A stretch of DNA of 64,000 nt, taken from positions 285-64,284 of the forward strand of contig CAYZBO010000002.1 of the NCBI GenBank assembly GCA_964476665.1. The letters are read 5' to 3'. The notes under the pieces are model-generated. The model was not told the origin of the DNA and made no database searches. It worked only from the letters and a program-made list of their open reading frames with translations. This document shows positions 54,896-63,050 of this stretch, piece by piece (within the stretch, counting starts at the first letter, position 1; the number at the start of each line of letters is the position of its first letter). The position numbers and the translations under genes are program-made. Source of the stretch: an uncultured Chryseobacterium sp. (GTDB lineage: Bacteria; Bacteroidota; Bacteroidia; Flavobacteriales_F; PHOS-HE28).

Positions 54896-55258
54896 CTAGA
54901 GGCTTTCGTCCAAGCTGGATCCGTCGAACAGCTCTCCGGTCTCCGTGTCATGTGCACGAAGACCGAGCGCCCGAAGAATGGCAGCCACACAGATCGCGCT
55001 TTGCTCACCGCCATGCACATGGGCGACGATGTACCGCACGGTCTCCGCGCCATCCAGGTGCAGCTGCAGGCTGAGGTCCATGCCGGGCTGGCGTATGAAC
55101 AGCCAGTCCCGGTCCTGCTGTTCAATGAAGGGCACGGCTTGCCGGATCGTGGCAATGATGTGTGTGCGTTCGCCGATGGGCCGCGGGCGATGATCGGCGG
55201 GAACGTCCTTCATGGAGGGTACGTCCGGTAGGTCCTGTATGTAGATGTCCCAGCTCAT
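54896..55258 (-). CDS. Hypothetical cytoplasmic protein (120 aa)
   Basis: No recognisable motif. Its start overlaps the stop of the upstream GT9 gene (ATGA), and its stop lies 1 nt from the convergent sigma-factor stop. Confidence 0.5.
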   Translation of the reverse strand: MSWDIYIQDLPDVPSMKDVPADHRPRPIGERTHIIATIRQAVPFIEQQDRDWLFIRQPGMDLSLQLHLDGAETVRYIVAHVHGGEQSAICVAAILRALGLRAHDTETGELFDGSSLDESL

Positions 55259-56232
55259 TGCGCTGCGAGTGCTGCGATGCGTTGCAGGTCCTGTCGTTCC
55301 ATGCAGTGGAAGTGACCCTTGGGGCAGTGATCATGGCCGATCTTGCTGCAGGGCCTGCATGACAGGTCGTTCACCTCGCTGATGAACACCTGTTCAGGAT
55401 GCCCGGGCTGATATGGCCCCATGCCGAAGGCCGGCACCGTACTGCCCCAGATGCTGATCACCCTGCGCTTGAACGCACAGGCGATGTGCATGGCGCCGCT
55501 GTCATGCGCGATCACCGCGCGGGCATCCCTGATCAAGGAGGCGCTGCCGAGCAGATCGTACCGCCCGGTGGCATCAAAGGCGCGGCCCCCCACGGCATCC
55601 GCGATGCTCCGGCCCACCACCCGGTCATCCGGCCCACCGATGATCACCAAGGGGCCGCGCAGCAACTGCGCCAGCTCCACCAACCTGCGTTCGGGCAGGC
55701 GCTTGGTTCCATGCGCCGCACCCACCGCCAGGACCACGTAGCCGCCTTGGTGTGCTTCGGGCAAGGAACTTCGTTGCACCGAGCGGTCCGGCGGAATGAA
55801 CAACTCCAAGCCCCGGCCGTCGTTGCGCACGCCCAGCGGCGCAGCCGCTTCGAAGTAGCGGTCCACGATGTGCTCCTGGGGCAGCTTGTTGATCCCGAAG
55901 TTCACCAGCAGCCACTTCTCCACGTTGCGCTTCGGGAAACTGTGCGAAGGCACCCCCAGGGCCCGCTTCACACGGGCGGTGCGCAGGTTGTGGTGCAGGT
56001 CCACCACCTGGTCGAAGCGTTCCGCTCGCAGCTGTTCGATCAAGGCGCCGAGGTCTTCCCCAAGCTCATGAACACGGTGTACATGCGGATCGTAACGCAG
56101 CAGATCCGCGAACACGGACTTGGTGGCCACGTGCACCTCGGCCCCCGGCAGCTGCTCGTGCAATGCGCGCAGCACCGGACTGGTGAGCACGATATCGCCG
56201 ATGGACGAGAAGCGCAGAACGAGGATCTTCAT
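55255..56232 (-). CDS. Glycosyltransferase family 9 (LPS heptosyltransferase-like)
   Basis: ATG at 56232 (MKILVLRFSSIGDIVLTSPVLRAL...). The C-terminal half has ...IIGGPDDR...LIRDARAVIAHDSGAMHIA.... The rest of track ORF 55255-56685 is rejected. Confidence 0.85.
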   Translation of the reverse strand: MKILVLRFSSIGDIVLTSPVLRALHEQLPGAEVHVATKSVFADLLRYDPHVHRVHELGEDLGALIEQLRAERFDQVVDLHHNLRTARVKRALGVPSHSFPKRNVEKWLLVNFGINKLPQEHIVDRYFEAAAPLGVRNDGRGLELFIPPDRSVQRSSLPEAHQGGYVVLAVGAAHGTKRLPERRLVELAQLLRGPLVIIGGPDDRVVGRSIADAVGGRAFDATGRYDLLGSASLIRDARAVIAHDSGAMHIACAFKRRVISIWGSTVPAFGMGPYQPGHPEQVFISEVNDLSCRPCSKIGHDHCPKGHFHCMERQDLQRIAALAAQ

Positions 56233-56298
56233 GGGCGCCCAAAGGTAACCGCACCGCTGCGCGCATGCGGCCGCGCTTCGCCACCTTTGCAGGCCCCC

Positions 56299-57066
56299 AT
56301 GTTCGTCGATACCCACGCCCACCTCTACCATCCGCAGTTCGATGCAGACCGCACCGATATGCTGCAACGCGCCTTCGATGCTGGGGTGACCAAGCTCTTC
56401 CTGCCAAATGTGGATGGGGAAAGCATTGAAGCCATGGATGCTTTGGCGGCGGCCCATCCCGACCATTGCTACGCCATGATGGGCATCCATCCCTGTTCCA
56501 TCGGTGAGCACAATGAGGATGCGCTGGTGCAGGTGGAGGAACGGCTGCGCACCGGCCGCTACTGCGCAGTGGGCGAGATCGGTATCGACCTGTATTGGGA
56601 CAAGACCTTCCTGGTGCAGCAACAGGAGGCCTTCAGGCGGCAGGTGCGCCTGGCCAAAGCACTGGACCTGCCCATCGCCATCCACTGCCGCAACAGCTTC
56701 GCGGAGACCATCGCCATCGTGGAGGCGGAGAACGCTCCGTCATTGCGCGGGGTGTTCCATTGCTTCACCGGCACCCCGGAAGAGGCGCAGCGCATCATCG
56801 CGCTCGGTGACTTCTACCTGGGCATCGGGGGCGTGGTCACCTATCCCAAGGGGGGGCTCTTTGAGACGATGCAGCAGGTGGGGCCCGCGTATTGTGTGCT
56901 TGAGACCGACGCGCCCTACCTCGCACCGGTGCCCTTCCGGGGCAAGCGGAACGAGAGCGCCTACATACCGCACATCGCCGAGCGGCTCGCCCTGGCGTGC
57001 GGCACCACCGTACAGCACATCGCCGAGGTGACCACCACCAACGCACACGCCCTCTTCCGCCGATGA
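56299..57066 (+). CDS. TatD-family metal-dependent hydrolase
   Basis: ATG at 56299 (MFVDTHAHL...). Motifs are ...AVGEIGIDLYW..., PIAIHCR, GVFHCFTG and LETDAPYL. Confidence 0.9.
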   Translation: MFVDTHAHLYHPQFDADRTDMLQRAFDAGVTKLFLPNVDGESIEAMDALAAAHPDHCYAMMGIHPCSIGEHNEDALVQVEERLRTGRYCAVGEIGIDLYWDKTFLVQQQEAFRRQVRLAKALDLPIAIHCRNSFAETIAIVEAENAPSLRGVFHCFTGTPEEAQRIIALGDFYLGIGGVVTYPKGGLFETMQQVGPAYCVLETDAPYLAPVPFRGKRNESAYIPHIAERLALACGTTVQHIAEVTTTNAHALFRR

Positions 57067-58094
57067 GCCATCGACCCTCCGTCCTGCTGATCTACACCGG
57101 CGGCACCATCGGCATGTGGGCCGATGCGTCCGGTGCGCTGCGCCCCATGGACCTGGCCCATCTGGAGGAACAGGTGCCCGAGCTGAAGCGCATCGGGGTG
57201 GACCTGCATACGGTGGCCTTCGAACAGCCCATCGACAGCAGCGACATGCAGCCCTCCGACTGGGTGCGCATCGCCCGCATCATCGGTGATCGTTATGCCG
57301 CGACCGATGGCTTCGTGGTGCTTCATGGCAGCGACACCATGGCCTACACGGCCAGCGCGCTAAGCTTTCTGCTGGAGGGATCGAACAAGCCGGTGGTCCT
57401 GACCGGTTCGCAACTACCCATCGGCACCATCCGCACCGATGCGAAGGAGAACCTGATAACGGCCATTGAGATCGCCGCGGCCCGAAACGCTGAAGGCCTG
57501 CCCATGGTACCCGAGGTGGCGGTCTATTTCGAGTACCGGTTGATGCGCGGCAACCGTACGGTGAAGGTGCATGCAGAGCGCTTCGAGGCCTTCCGCTCGC
57601 CCAACTGGCCGGTATTGGCCGAGGCCGGGGTGCACCTGCGCTATAACGAGGCCGCCATCGGGCCCCGTGTGGGCGGGCCCCTCGTCGTGCATGAAAAGCT
57701 GGACGAACGCATCGCGGTCATCCGGCTGTTCCCCGGGATCCGTGCGGAATGGGTGCGGCATGCCCTGTCCGCTCCCGGCCTGCGGGCGGCCATCCTGACC
57801 ACCTTCGGCAGTGGCAACGGGCCCACCGGACCGGAGTTCCTGGCCGCGCTGCGCGAGGCGCGGGAGCGCGGCGTGGTCCTGTTGAACGTGACGCAATGTG
57901 TGGGGGGGCGTGTGGAACAGGGGCGGTACGTGACCAGCCAGGCCATGCAGGCGATGGGTGTGGTGGGGGGGGCGGACATCACCGTGGAGGCCGCCGTGGC
58001 CAAGCTGATGTTCCTGCTGGGCAGCGAACGAGGAACGGCGGACGTGGAGCAGGCGCTGGCCGTACCGATCAGGGGGGAGTTCACGTTGGCTTAA
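57063..58094 (+). CDS. ansA: Type I L-asparaginase
   Basis: ATG at 57063 (ATGA overlap with the TatD stop). Motifs are VLLIYTGGTIGM (catalytic Thr), VVLHGSDTMAYTA and VVLTGSQLP. Confidence 0.9.
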   Translation: MSHRPSVLLIYTGGTIGMWADASGALRPMDLAHLEEQVPELKRIGVDLHTVAFEQPIDSSDMQPSDWVRIARIIGDRYAATDGFVVLHGSDTMAYTASALSFLLEGSNKPVVLTGSQLPIGTIRTDAKENLITAIEIAAARNAEGLPMVPEVAVYFEYRLMRGNRTVKVHAERFEAFRSPNWPVLAEAGVHLRYNEAAIGPRVGGPLVVHEKLDERIAVIRLFPGIRAEWVRHALSAPGLRAAILTTFGSGNGPTGPEFLAALREARERGVVLLNVTQCVGGRVEQGRYVTSQAMQAMGVVGGADITVEAAVAKLMFLLGSERGTADVEQALAVPIRGEFTLA

Positions 58095-58214
58095 CATGCC
58101 GCTGGCTGTTCGACCCCGACCGCTTCCGGCTTCGCGATGGTAGCGATGGACCTTTTCGTAATTTGGCCGCCCGTCGGCGGGGAACGCACCCTCCGGCCAG
58201 CAGAGAAAACGAAC

Positions 58215-58306
58215 GGAGAGATGGCCGAGTGGTCGAAGGCGCGCGCCTGGAAAGTGCGTATACCTGTCAAAGGGTATCGGGGGTTCGAATCCCTCTCTCT
58301 CCGCCA
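58215..58306 (+). tRNA. tRNA-Ser (anticodon GGA), with encoded CCA
   Basis: The acceptor stem is GGAGAGA/TCTCTCC. The D-arm is TGGCCGAGTGGTCGAAGGCG. The anticodon arm is CGCGC-CTGGAAA-GTGCG. There is a long variable arm (TATACCTGTCAAAGGGTATC), the T-arm GGGGG-TTCGAAT-CCCTC, discriminator G, then CCA. Confidence 0.93.
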
Positions 58307-58381
58307 TTTCGCTCTGCTGTGAATGCGAACCTGAACGAACCAGAACCGTCAACAACCCTCACTCCGCTAACGATCCCAACC

Positions 58382-59140
58382 ATGGTACGCAAGTTCTTGT
58401 CCCTCTGCATGGCAGGTCTGATGAGCATCAGCCTGCTCTCCACCCCGGTGATGGCACAGGATGCCCCCGCAGCTGCTTCCACCGAAGTGGTGGCCGATGG
58501 TACCCAGGAAGGCTCCCAGACCTTCAAGGACCGTTTCATCGAGGGTGATCCGGTCTGGATGGCACCCGTGCTGCTCTGCCTGATCCTCGGCCTGGCCTTC
58601 GTGATCGAGCGTATCATCTATTTGAACATGGCCTCCACCAACACCAATAAACTGCTCGGCAGCGTGGAGGACGCGCTTAAGAGCGGTGGTGTGAACGCTG
58701 CCAAGGAGGTATGCCGCAACACCCGTGGACCCGTGGCCGGTATCTTCTACCAAGGCCTGGACCGCGCCAATGAAGGCCTGGACATCGCTGAAAAGAGCAT
58801 TGTTGCCTACGGTGGTGTGGAAGTGGGTCGCCTGGAGCGCGGTCTCTCCTGGATCAGCTTGTTCATCGCCCTGGCTCCCATGTTGGGCTTCTTGGGTACT
58901 GTGATCGGGATGATCTTCGCCTTCGACCAGATCGCTGCCGCCAACAACATCAGCCCTGCGATCGTGGCATCGGGCATCAAAGTGGCACTGCTCACCACCG
59001 TGTTTGGTCTGATCGTGGCCATCATCCTGCAGATCTTCTACAACTACCTGCTCAGCCGCGTGGACAGCATCACCGGTCAGATGGAGGAAGCTTCCATCGG
59101 CCTGGTGGACCTGCTCGCCAAGCACAGCGCCAAACACTAA
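58382..59140 (+). CDS. exbB: MotA/TolQ/ExbB proton-channel protein with an N-terminal signal peptide
   Basis: ATG at 58382 (MVRKFLSLCMAGLMSISLLSTPVMA|QD). The conserved segment is LSWISLFIALAPMLGFLGTVIGMI..F. The upstream part of track ORF 57749-59140 runs through the tRNA and is rejected. Confidence 0.9.
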   Translation: MVRKFLSLCMAGLMSISLLSTPVMAQDAPAAASTEVVADGTQEGSQTFKDRFIEGDPVWMAPVLLCLILGLAFVIERIIYLNMASTNTNKLLGSVEDALKSGGVNAAKEVCRNTRGPVAGIFYQGLDRANEGLDIAEKSIVAYGGVEVGRLERGLSWISLFIALAPMLGFLGTVIGMIFAFDQIAAANNISPAIVASGIKVALLTTVFGLIVAIILQIFYNYLLSRVDSITGQMEEASIGLVDLLAKHSAKH

Positions 59141-59144
59141 GCCG

Positions 59145-59549
59145 ATGCACAAGGGTTCAGCTTTCCTCGGCAACATCGCGCTCTGGGCCATTGCGCTCCT
59201 CGGTGTGGTGTTCTTCGTGATGATCATGTCCGGTAAGGAATCCGGCATCGACGCCGGTCTCTACCTGACCTACGCCGCCTTTGGCCTGGGCATCCTGCTT
59301 GCCCTTGCCTCCGGTGTCATGTCCCTCTTCTCGGGTGGCAACATCAAGGACACGCTCCTCCCGCTCGGAGCGTTCGTGGCCCTGTTCGCCATCTCCTACC
59401 TCCTCGCGGATGGTAGTGTCAAGCCCCAGTGGAACCTATCCCCGGGTGCCTCCAAAATGATCAGTGCCGGTCTGAACATGACCGGCCTGGCCGTGCTGGT
59501 GGCCGTGGGCGCCGCGCTCTACGGTGCGGTGAAGCAGCTCATCAAGTGA
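59145..59549 (+). CDS. Small four-TM membrane protein inside the ExbB/ExbD cluster
   Basis: 134 aa with four hydrophobic helices and no motif. It starts 4 nt after exbB and ends 4 nt before exbD. Confidence 0.6.
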   Translation: MHKGSAFLGNIALWAIALLGVVFFVMIMSGKESGIDAGLYLTYAAFGLGILLALASGVMSLFSGGNIKDTLLPLGAFVALFAISYLLADGSVKPQWNLSPGASKMISAGLNMTGLAVLVAVGAALYGAVKQLIK

Positions 59550-59553
59550 ACCC

Positions 59554-60282
59554 ATGCTGAAGAAACGCAAGCGTCAGGGGATCCAGGAGATCAATGCCGG
59601 CTCCATGGCCGACATCGCTTTCCTGCTCCTGATCTTCTTCCTGGTGACCACGACCATGGATACCGACGCTGGCATCCTGCGACTCCTGCCTCCCGTTGTG
59701 GAGGAGGAGGTGGATATGCAGGTGAACAAGCGCGACGTCTATGAGGTGCTGGTGAACGATGCGGACATGTTGCTTGTGGAGGGCGAGGTGATGGAGATCA
59801 AGGACTTGCGTGCCGGGGCCAAGGAGTTCATGACCAACCCGTCCAACGACATCAACCTGCCCGAGCGTCGCCGTGTGACCGCCTCCGAGTGCCAGCAAAA
59901 GATCGGGGAGTACAAGTCCTACGTGGCCAGCGCCACCGATCCCGAGGCCAAGGACGCCTACCAGAAATCGCTGGAGAAATGGGAGGAGAGACTCGCAGCC
60001 GTACAGCTGCTGGGTGATTTTTCCGAGCTGCCGCCCAACGCGGTGATCTCCCTGCAGACCGGTTCCAAGACCAGTTACGACATGTACGTACGCGTGCAGA
60101 ACGAGCTGGAAGCGGGCATCCGCGAGCTCCGTGATGACCTGAGCAAGGAGAAGTTCGGCCGCAAGTACACTGAGCTGGATGAGAAGAAGGACGAGGACAA
60201 GGCCCTGATCAAGGCCGTTCGTCTGGTCTATCCCCAGCGCGTGTCCGAGGCCGAACCGGTGGACGTGACCAAGAAATCCTGA
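59554..60282 (+). CDS. exbD: ExbD/TolR-family biopolymer transport protein (long form)
   Basis: The N-terminus EINAGSMADIAFLLLIFFLVTTT is the typical ExbD TM segment. An extended charged C-terminal region follows. Confidence 0.85.
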   Translation: MLKKRKRQGIQEINAGSMADIAFLLLIFFLVTTTMDTDAGILRLLPPVVEEEVDMQVNKRDVYEVLVNDADMLLVEGEVMEIKDLRAGAKEFMTNPSNDINLPERRRVTASECQQKIGEYKSYVASATDPEAKDAYQKSLEKWEERLAAVQLLGDFSELPPNAVISLQTGSKTSYDMYVRVQNELEAGIRELRDDLSKEKFGRKYTELDEKKDEDKALIKAVRLVYPQRVSEAEPVDVTKKS

Positions 60283-60291
60283 GCAACAGCC

Positions 60292-60747
60292 ATGTCACGT
60301 TTCAAGGATAACAGCTCCAAAGGCACCCCGGCCATCAGCACGGCCTCGCTGCCCGACATCATCTTCATGCTCCTCTTCTTCTTCATGGTGACCACCGTGA
60401 TGCGCGAAGTGGATCTGTTGGTGAAGATCACCCTGCCCGAAGCCAGCGAAACGACCAAGCTGGAGGATAAGGCGCTGGTGGACTACATCTACATCGGTAC
60501 GCCCATGGCCAAGGCACTCGGCTCCGAACCGCTCATGCAGCTGAACGACCAGTTCGCCAAGCTCGACGAGATCGCAGGCTGGGTGAAGGCGGGCGAGGAG
60601 CGTCGCGAAGAAGTGCTCATCCCCAAGATCACGCGTTCGCTGAAGGTGGACAAGGAGACGAACATGAAGATCGTCACCGACGTGAAGCAGGAACTGCGCA
60701 AGAGCAACGCGCTGAAGATCAACTACAGCACGGCGCAGGCGCGCTGA
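60292..60747 (+). CDS. exbD: ExbD/TolR-family biopolymer transport protein
   Basis: 151 aa with ISTASLPDIIFMLLFFFMVTT and a periplasmic domain ...SLKVDKETNMKIVTDVKQELRK. Confidence 0.88.
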   Translation: MSRFKDNSSKGTPAISTASLPDIIFMLLFFFMVTTVMREVDLLVKITLPEASETTKLEDKALVDYIYIGTPMAKALGSEPLMQLNDQFAKLDEIAGWVKAGEERREEVLIPKITRSLKVDKETNMKIVTDVKQELRKSNALKINYSTAQAR

Positions 60748-60767
60748 TCCCGTTCCGCCTGATAACT

Positions 60768-60800
60768 GGAAGCCCCGTCCGACGGGGCTTCCGTATTTTT
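60768..60800 (+). terminator. Rho-independent terminator of the exbBD cluster
   Basis: The perfect 10-bp stem is GGAAGCCCCG / CGGGGCTTCC with loop TCCGA, followed by GTATTTTT. Confidence 0.7.
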
Positions 60801-60810
60801 GGCCCTCCCC

Positions 60811-61803
60811 ATGCCCCGCATCGGCCCGCTGCAACTGCCGGAGTTCCCGCTCCTGCTCGCTCCCATGGAGGATGTGAGCGATCCTCCCTTCCGCATGCTC
60901 TGCAAGGAGCACGGCGCCGATCTGATGTTCACCGAGTTCATCAGCAGCGAAGGACTGATCCGCAAGGCCGCCAAAGGCCTCAAGAAGCTCGACATCTTCG
61001 AGGCTGAACGCCCCATCGGCGTCCAGCTCTTCGGCGGAAGCGAGGATGCCATGGAAGAGGCCGCGCGCATCGCCGAAGCCGCCAAGCCCGACCTCATCGA
61101 CATCAATTACGGCTGCCCGGTACACAAGGTGGTGAGCAAGGGCGCCGGCGCCTGCCTGCTGCTGGATGTGGACAAGATGGTGCGCCTCACGGAGAAGGTG
61201 GTGAAAGCCGTGAAGGTGCCCGTGACCGTGAAGACCCGCCTGGGCTGGGACGATAGGAGCAAGAACATCATGGAAGTGGCCGAGCGCCTGCAGGATGTAG
61301 GGATCCAGGCGTTGAGCATCCATGGTCGCACGCGGGCACAGCTCTACAAGGGTCCTGCCGATTGGACCCTCATCGGCGCGGTGAAAAACAACCCCCGCAT
61401 CCATATCCCCATCTTCGGCAATGGCGACATCGATTCTCCCCAGAAAGCGGTGGAATACCGCGAGCGCTATGGCGTGGACGGGGTGATGATAGGCCGTGCA
61501 AGCATCGGCCACCCCTGGATCTTCAACGAGATCAAGCATTACATCGCAACTGGCACCACACTGGCGCCGCCCACCGTGGCCGACCGCGTGGAAGCCGCCC
61601 GCCAGCACCTGCGCAGCTCCCTGGCCTGGAAGGGCCCGTGGGAAGGGGTGGTGGAGATGCGCCGCCACTACGGCAACTACCTCAAGGGCCTGCCCAACGT
61701 GAAGGAGGTGCGCCTCAGGCTGTGCACCGAACGCGAGCCCGCTGTGTTGGAGGAGATCCTCGATGAGGTGAAGGCGAGCTACGCTGGGGCGGAGGTGGTG
61801 TGA
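60811..61803 (+). CDS. dusB: tRNA-dihydrouridine synthase
   Basis: ATG at 60811; the track start at 60799 is TTG. Motifs are LLLAPMEDVSDPPFR, DINYGCP, GAGACLL and HGRTRAQ.Y.G.ADW. Confidence 0.92.
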   Translation: MPRIGPLQLPEFPLLLAPMEDVSDPPFRMLCKEHGADLMFTEFISSEGLIRKAAKGLKKLDIFEAERPIGVQLFGGSEDAMEEAARIAEAAKPDLIDINYGCPVHKVVSKGAGACLLLDVDKMVRLTEKVVKAVKVPVTVKTRLGWDDRSKNIMEVAERLQDVGIQALSIHGRTRAQLYKGPADWTLIGAVKNNPRIHIPIFGNGDIDSPQKAVEYRERYGVDGVMIGRASIGHPWIFNEIKHYIATGTTLAPPTVADRVEAARQHLRSSLAWKGPWEGVVEMRRHYGNYLKGLPNVKEVRLRLCTEREPAVLEEILDEVKASYAGAEVV

Positions 61804-63023
61804 AGGAACCGCTTGCTCAACGCCCGCAACGGTACCCACGTGGCCAGCAGGCCGATGGCACCCACCGTGGCAAAGACCACCAGTAGATCGCTCCACAGCA
61901 CCTTCACAGGGTAGTGGTCCACCACCGATGCGTCCAGGGGCACCAGGCCGAAGCGCTCCTGCGCCCAGCATACACCCAACCCCAGGGTGATGCCCAAGAG
62001 CACGCCGATCAGTACGATGAGCAGGCCCTCATAGAGGAACACCCGCCGGATGAGCAGTGGACTGGCCCCCAGGCTGCGCAGCGTGCCCATATCCTTGCGT
62101 TTCTCGATCATCATCATGGTGAGCGAAGCGATGATGTTGAACGCGCCGATGAGCCCGATGAACGCCAGCACCAGGAAGGAGAAGAACTTTTCCGAGGCGT
62201 TGGTCTGGTACATGAGCACGTTCTTCTGCTGGCGTGTGCGCACCACGTAGTGCGGACCCAACGCGCCGCGCAAGTCCTTCGCAACGACATCGGCATCCCG
62301 CTCCGCCGGCAGCTTCAGCTCCAACGCGCTGGCCTCGCCGCTGTAGTGGAACAGCGTTTCCGCCGCTGCGAAGGGCACCAACACGTAGCGCATATCGAAC
62401 TCCATGTTCATGGTGAAGGTGCCTGCCACGGCCATGTCCATGCGCTCGAAGGCGCGCTGCTGATAGGTGCTCAGTTTGCGACCGCGGATCGGTGCGCTGA
62501 TGGTGAGCGGACGGAAGATGCCATCGTCCAAGGGTACGCCCAGATCGCTGCGCAGACCAATGCCCAGCACCGCTGCCGAGCCTGTGGCGCTCTCCAGCCG
62601 CGCCTCGCCAGAGAAGAGGTAGCGCTGCATGTCGCTCATGCGCAGGTACGGCTCCTCCACGCCTTTCAAGGTGGCTACGGCCTGCTGCCCGTCGTGCATC
62701 AACAGCACGTTCTCCTCGATCGTCCAACTGCTCAGCGCTGCACCGCTAACCGCCAATAGCTCCTGCACATCGAGGCTGTCGCGCTGCAGCGTTTTGCCCG
62801 CTGCGGGGGTGATGGTGATGTCCTGGTCGAAGGGGGAGTAGATGGTATCCACCAGCTCGCTGATGCCGTTCACCGCGCTGAGCACCACCACCATGGCCGC
62901 GCTCACCACAGCGATCACCACGATGCTGATGAGCGTGATGACGTTGATGGCGTTGGTGCTGCGCCCGGCGGTGCTGCGCGATGCCAGCAGGTAGCGACGG
63001 GCGAAGAGGAGGGGCAGGTTCAT
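61779..63023 (-). CDS. FtsX-like ABC transporter permease, LolC/LolE (lipoprotein-releasing) type
   Basis: ATG at 63023 (MNLPLLFARRYL...). It has MacB-like periplasmic domain topology. The FtsX segment reads ...IASLTMMMIEKRKDMGTLRSLGAS...IRRVFLYEG. It overlaps the dusB end by 25 nt (convergent). Confidence 0.88.
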   Translation of the reverse strand: MNLPLLFARRYLLASRSTAGRSTNAINVITLISIVVIAVVSAAMVVVLSAVNGISELVDTIYSPFDQDITITPAAGKTLQRDSLDVQELLAVSGAALSSWTIEENVLLMHDGQQAVATLKGVEEPYLRMSDMQRYLFSGEARLESATGSAAVLGIGLRSDLGVPLDDGIFRPLTISAPIRGRKLSTYQQRAFERMDMAVAGTFTMNMEFDMRYVLVPFAAAETLFHYSGEASALELKLPAERDADVVAKDLRGALGPHYVVRTRQQKNVLMYQTNASEKFFSFLVLAFIGLIGAFNIIASLTMMMIEKRKDMGTLRSLGASPLLIRRVFLYEGLLIVLIGVLLGITLGLGVCWAQERFGLVPLDASVVDHYPVKVLWSDLLVVFATVGAIGLLATWVPLRALSKRFLHTTSAPA

Positions 63024-63050
63024 GGCCGGGGCCAAAGTTCGTCGGATCCT

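Noticed and set aside
58215-58306. tRNA-Ser as a possible integration site for a genomic island
   Set aside because: There is no integrase, no direct repeat of the tRNA 3' end downstream that I could find, and the flanking genes (asparaginase, exbBD, dusB) are core functions with the same composition.
57749-58381. Upstream extension of the ExbB ORF (track ORF 57749-59140)
   Set aside because: It overlaps the asparaginase gene out of frame and reads straight through the tRNA-Ser gene. The ATG at 58382 gives a proper signal peptide.
60295-61971. 558-aa minus-strand ORF spanning the second exbD, a terminator and dusB
   Set aside because: It runs antisense through two well-supported genes and through a strong terminator hairpin. 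No motifs are present.
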